Source: Octopus vulgaris | Lineage: Eukaryota | Length of the DNA: 64,000 nt | Reading direction: 5' to 3' | Assembly: GCA_951406725.2 (NCBI GenBank) | Contig: OX597827.1 | Location: forward strand, 56,110,001 to 56,174,000 | Shown here: positions 63,773-64,000 of the stretch, in pieces | Position numbering within the stretch: the first letter of the stretch is position 1 | Layout: every line of letters begins with the position of its first letter | The notes under the pieces: model-generated | What the model was told of the DNA's origin: nothing | The model's input: only the letters and a program-made list of their open reading frames with translations | The model's database searches: none | Program-made: the position numbers and the translations under genes

Positions 63773-64000
63773 TATAATGTAAAGCACAAAAGATTTTTAA
63801 AAAACATCTAACAAATGTTTTATCTTATATTACAATTGATTTCCAAGTTTCCAACAGACAAATCACCGATCCACTACATTTCTAGCAACAATAGTGATAT
63901 AGGAGCATTAATTATCTATATGGACACTACACTTCATTATGCAACCATAATATACTACAAAATATGTTAAACATTTTATAAGTCAGTACTGTGTTCTACT

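Overview
AT-rich, microsatellite- and TE-dense animal genomic DNA; the SINE families resemble those I associate with octopus/coleoid cephalopods (inference). Two spliced genes converge tail to tail. (1) On the + strand, 14 phase-consistent exons (177-39675, 5'-incomplete, about 1166 codons) encode the C-terminal part of a laminin alpha-like chain. It has coiled coil interrupted by a ~470-aa Lys/Glu-rich insert in one 1719-bp exon, then only three LG domains before the stop. (2) On the - strand, 8 exons (63058-41975, 5'-incomplete, 350 codons including the stop) encode the C-terminus of CFAP43/WDR96. The introns carry several tRNA-derived SINE families, RTE/CR1/R4-like LINE fragments, Penelope-like elements with GIY-YIG remnants and minimal hammerhead-ribozyme motifs (one family has a tRNA-like Pol III cassette upstream of the hammerhead), non-autonomous Helitrons, and Tc1/mariner, hAT, Merlin-like and piggyBac-like elements. 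Most ORFs in the supplied track are microsatellite or SINE artefacts. Exon boundaries were read by hand; repeat boundaries are approximate; protein family calls rest on recalled motifs, not database searches.
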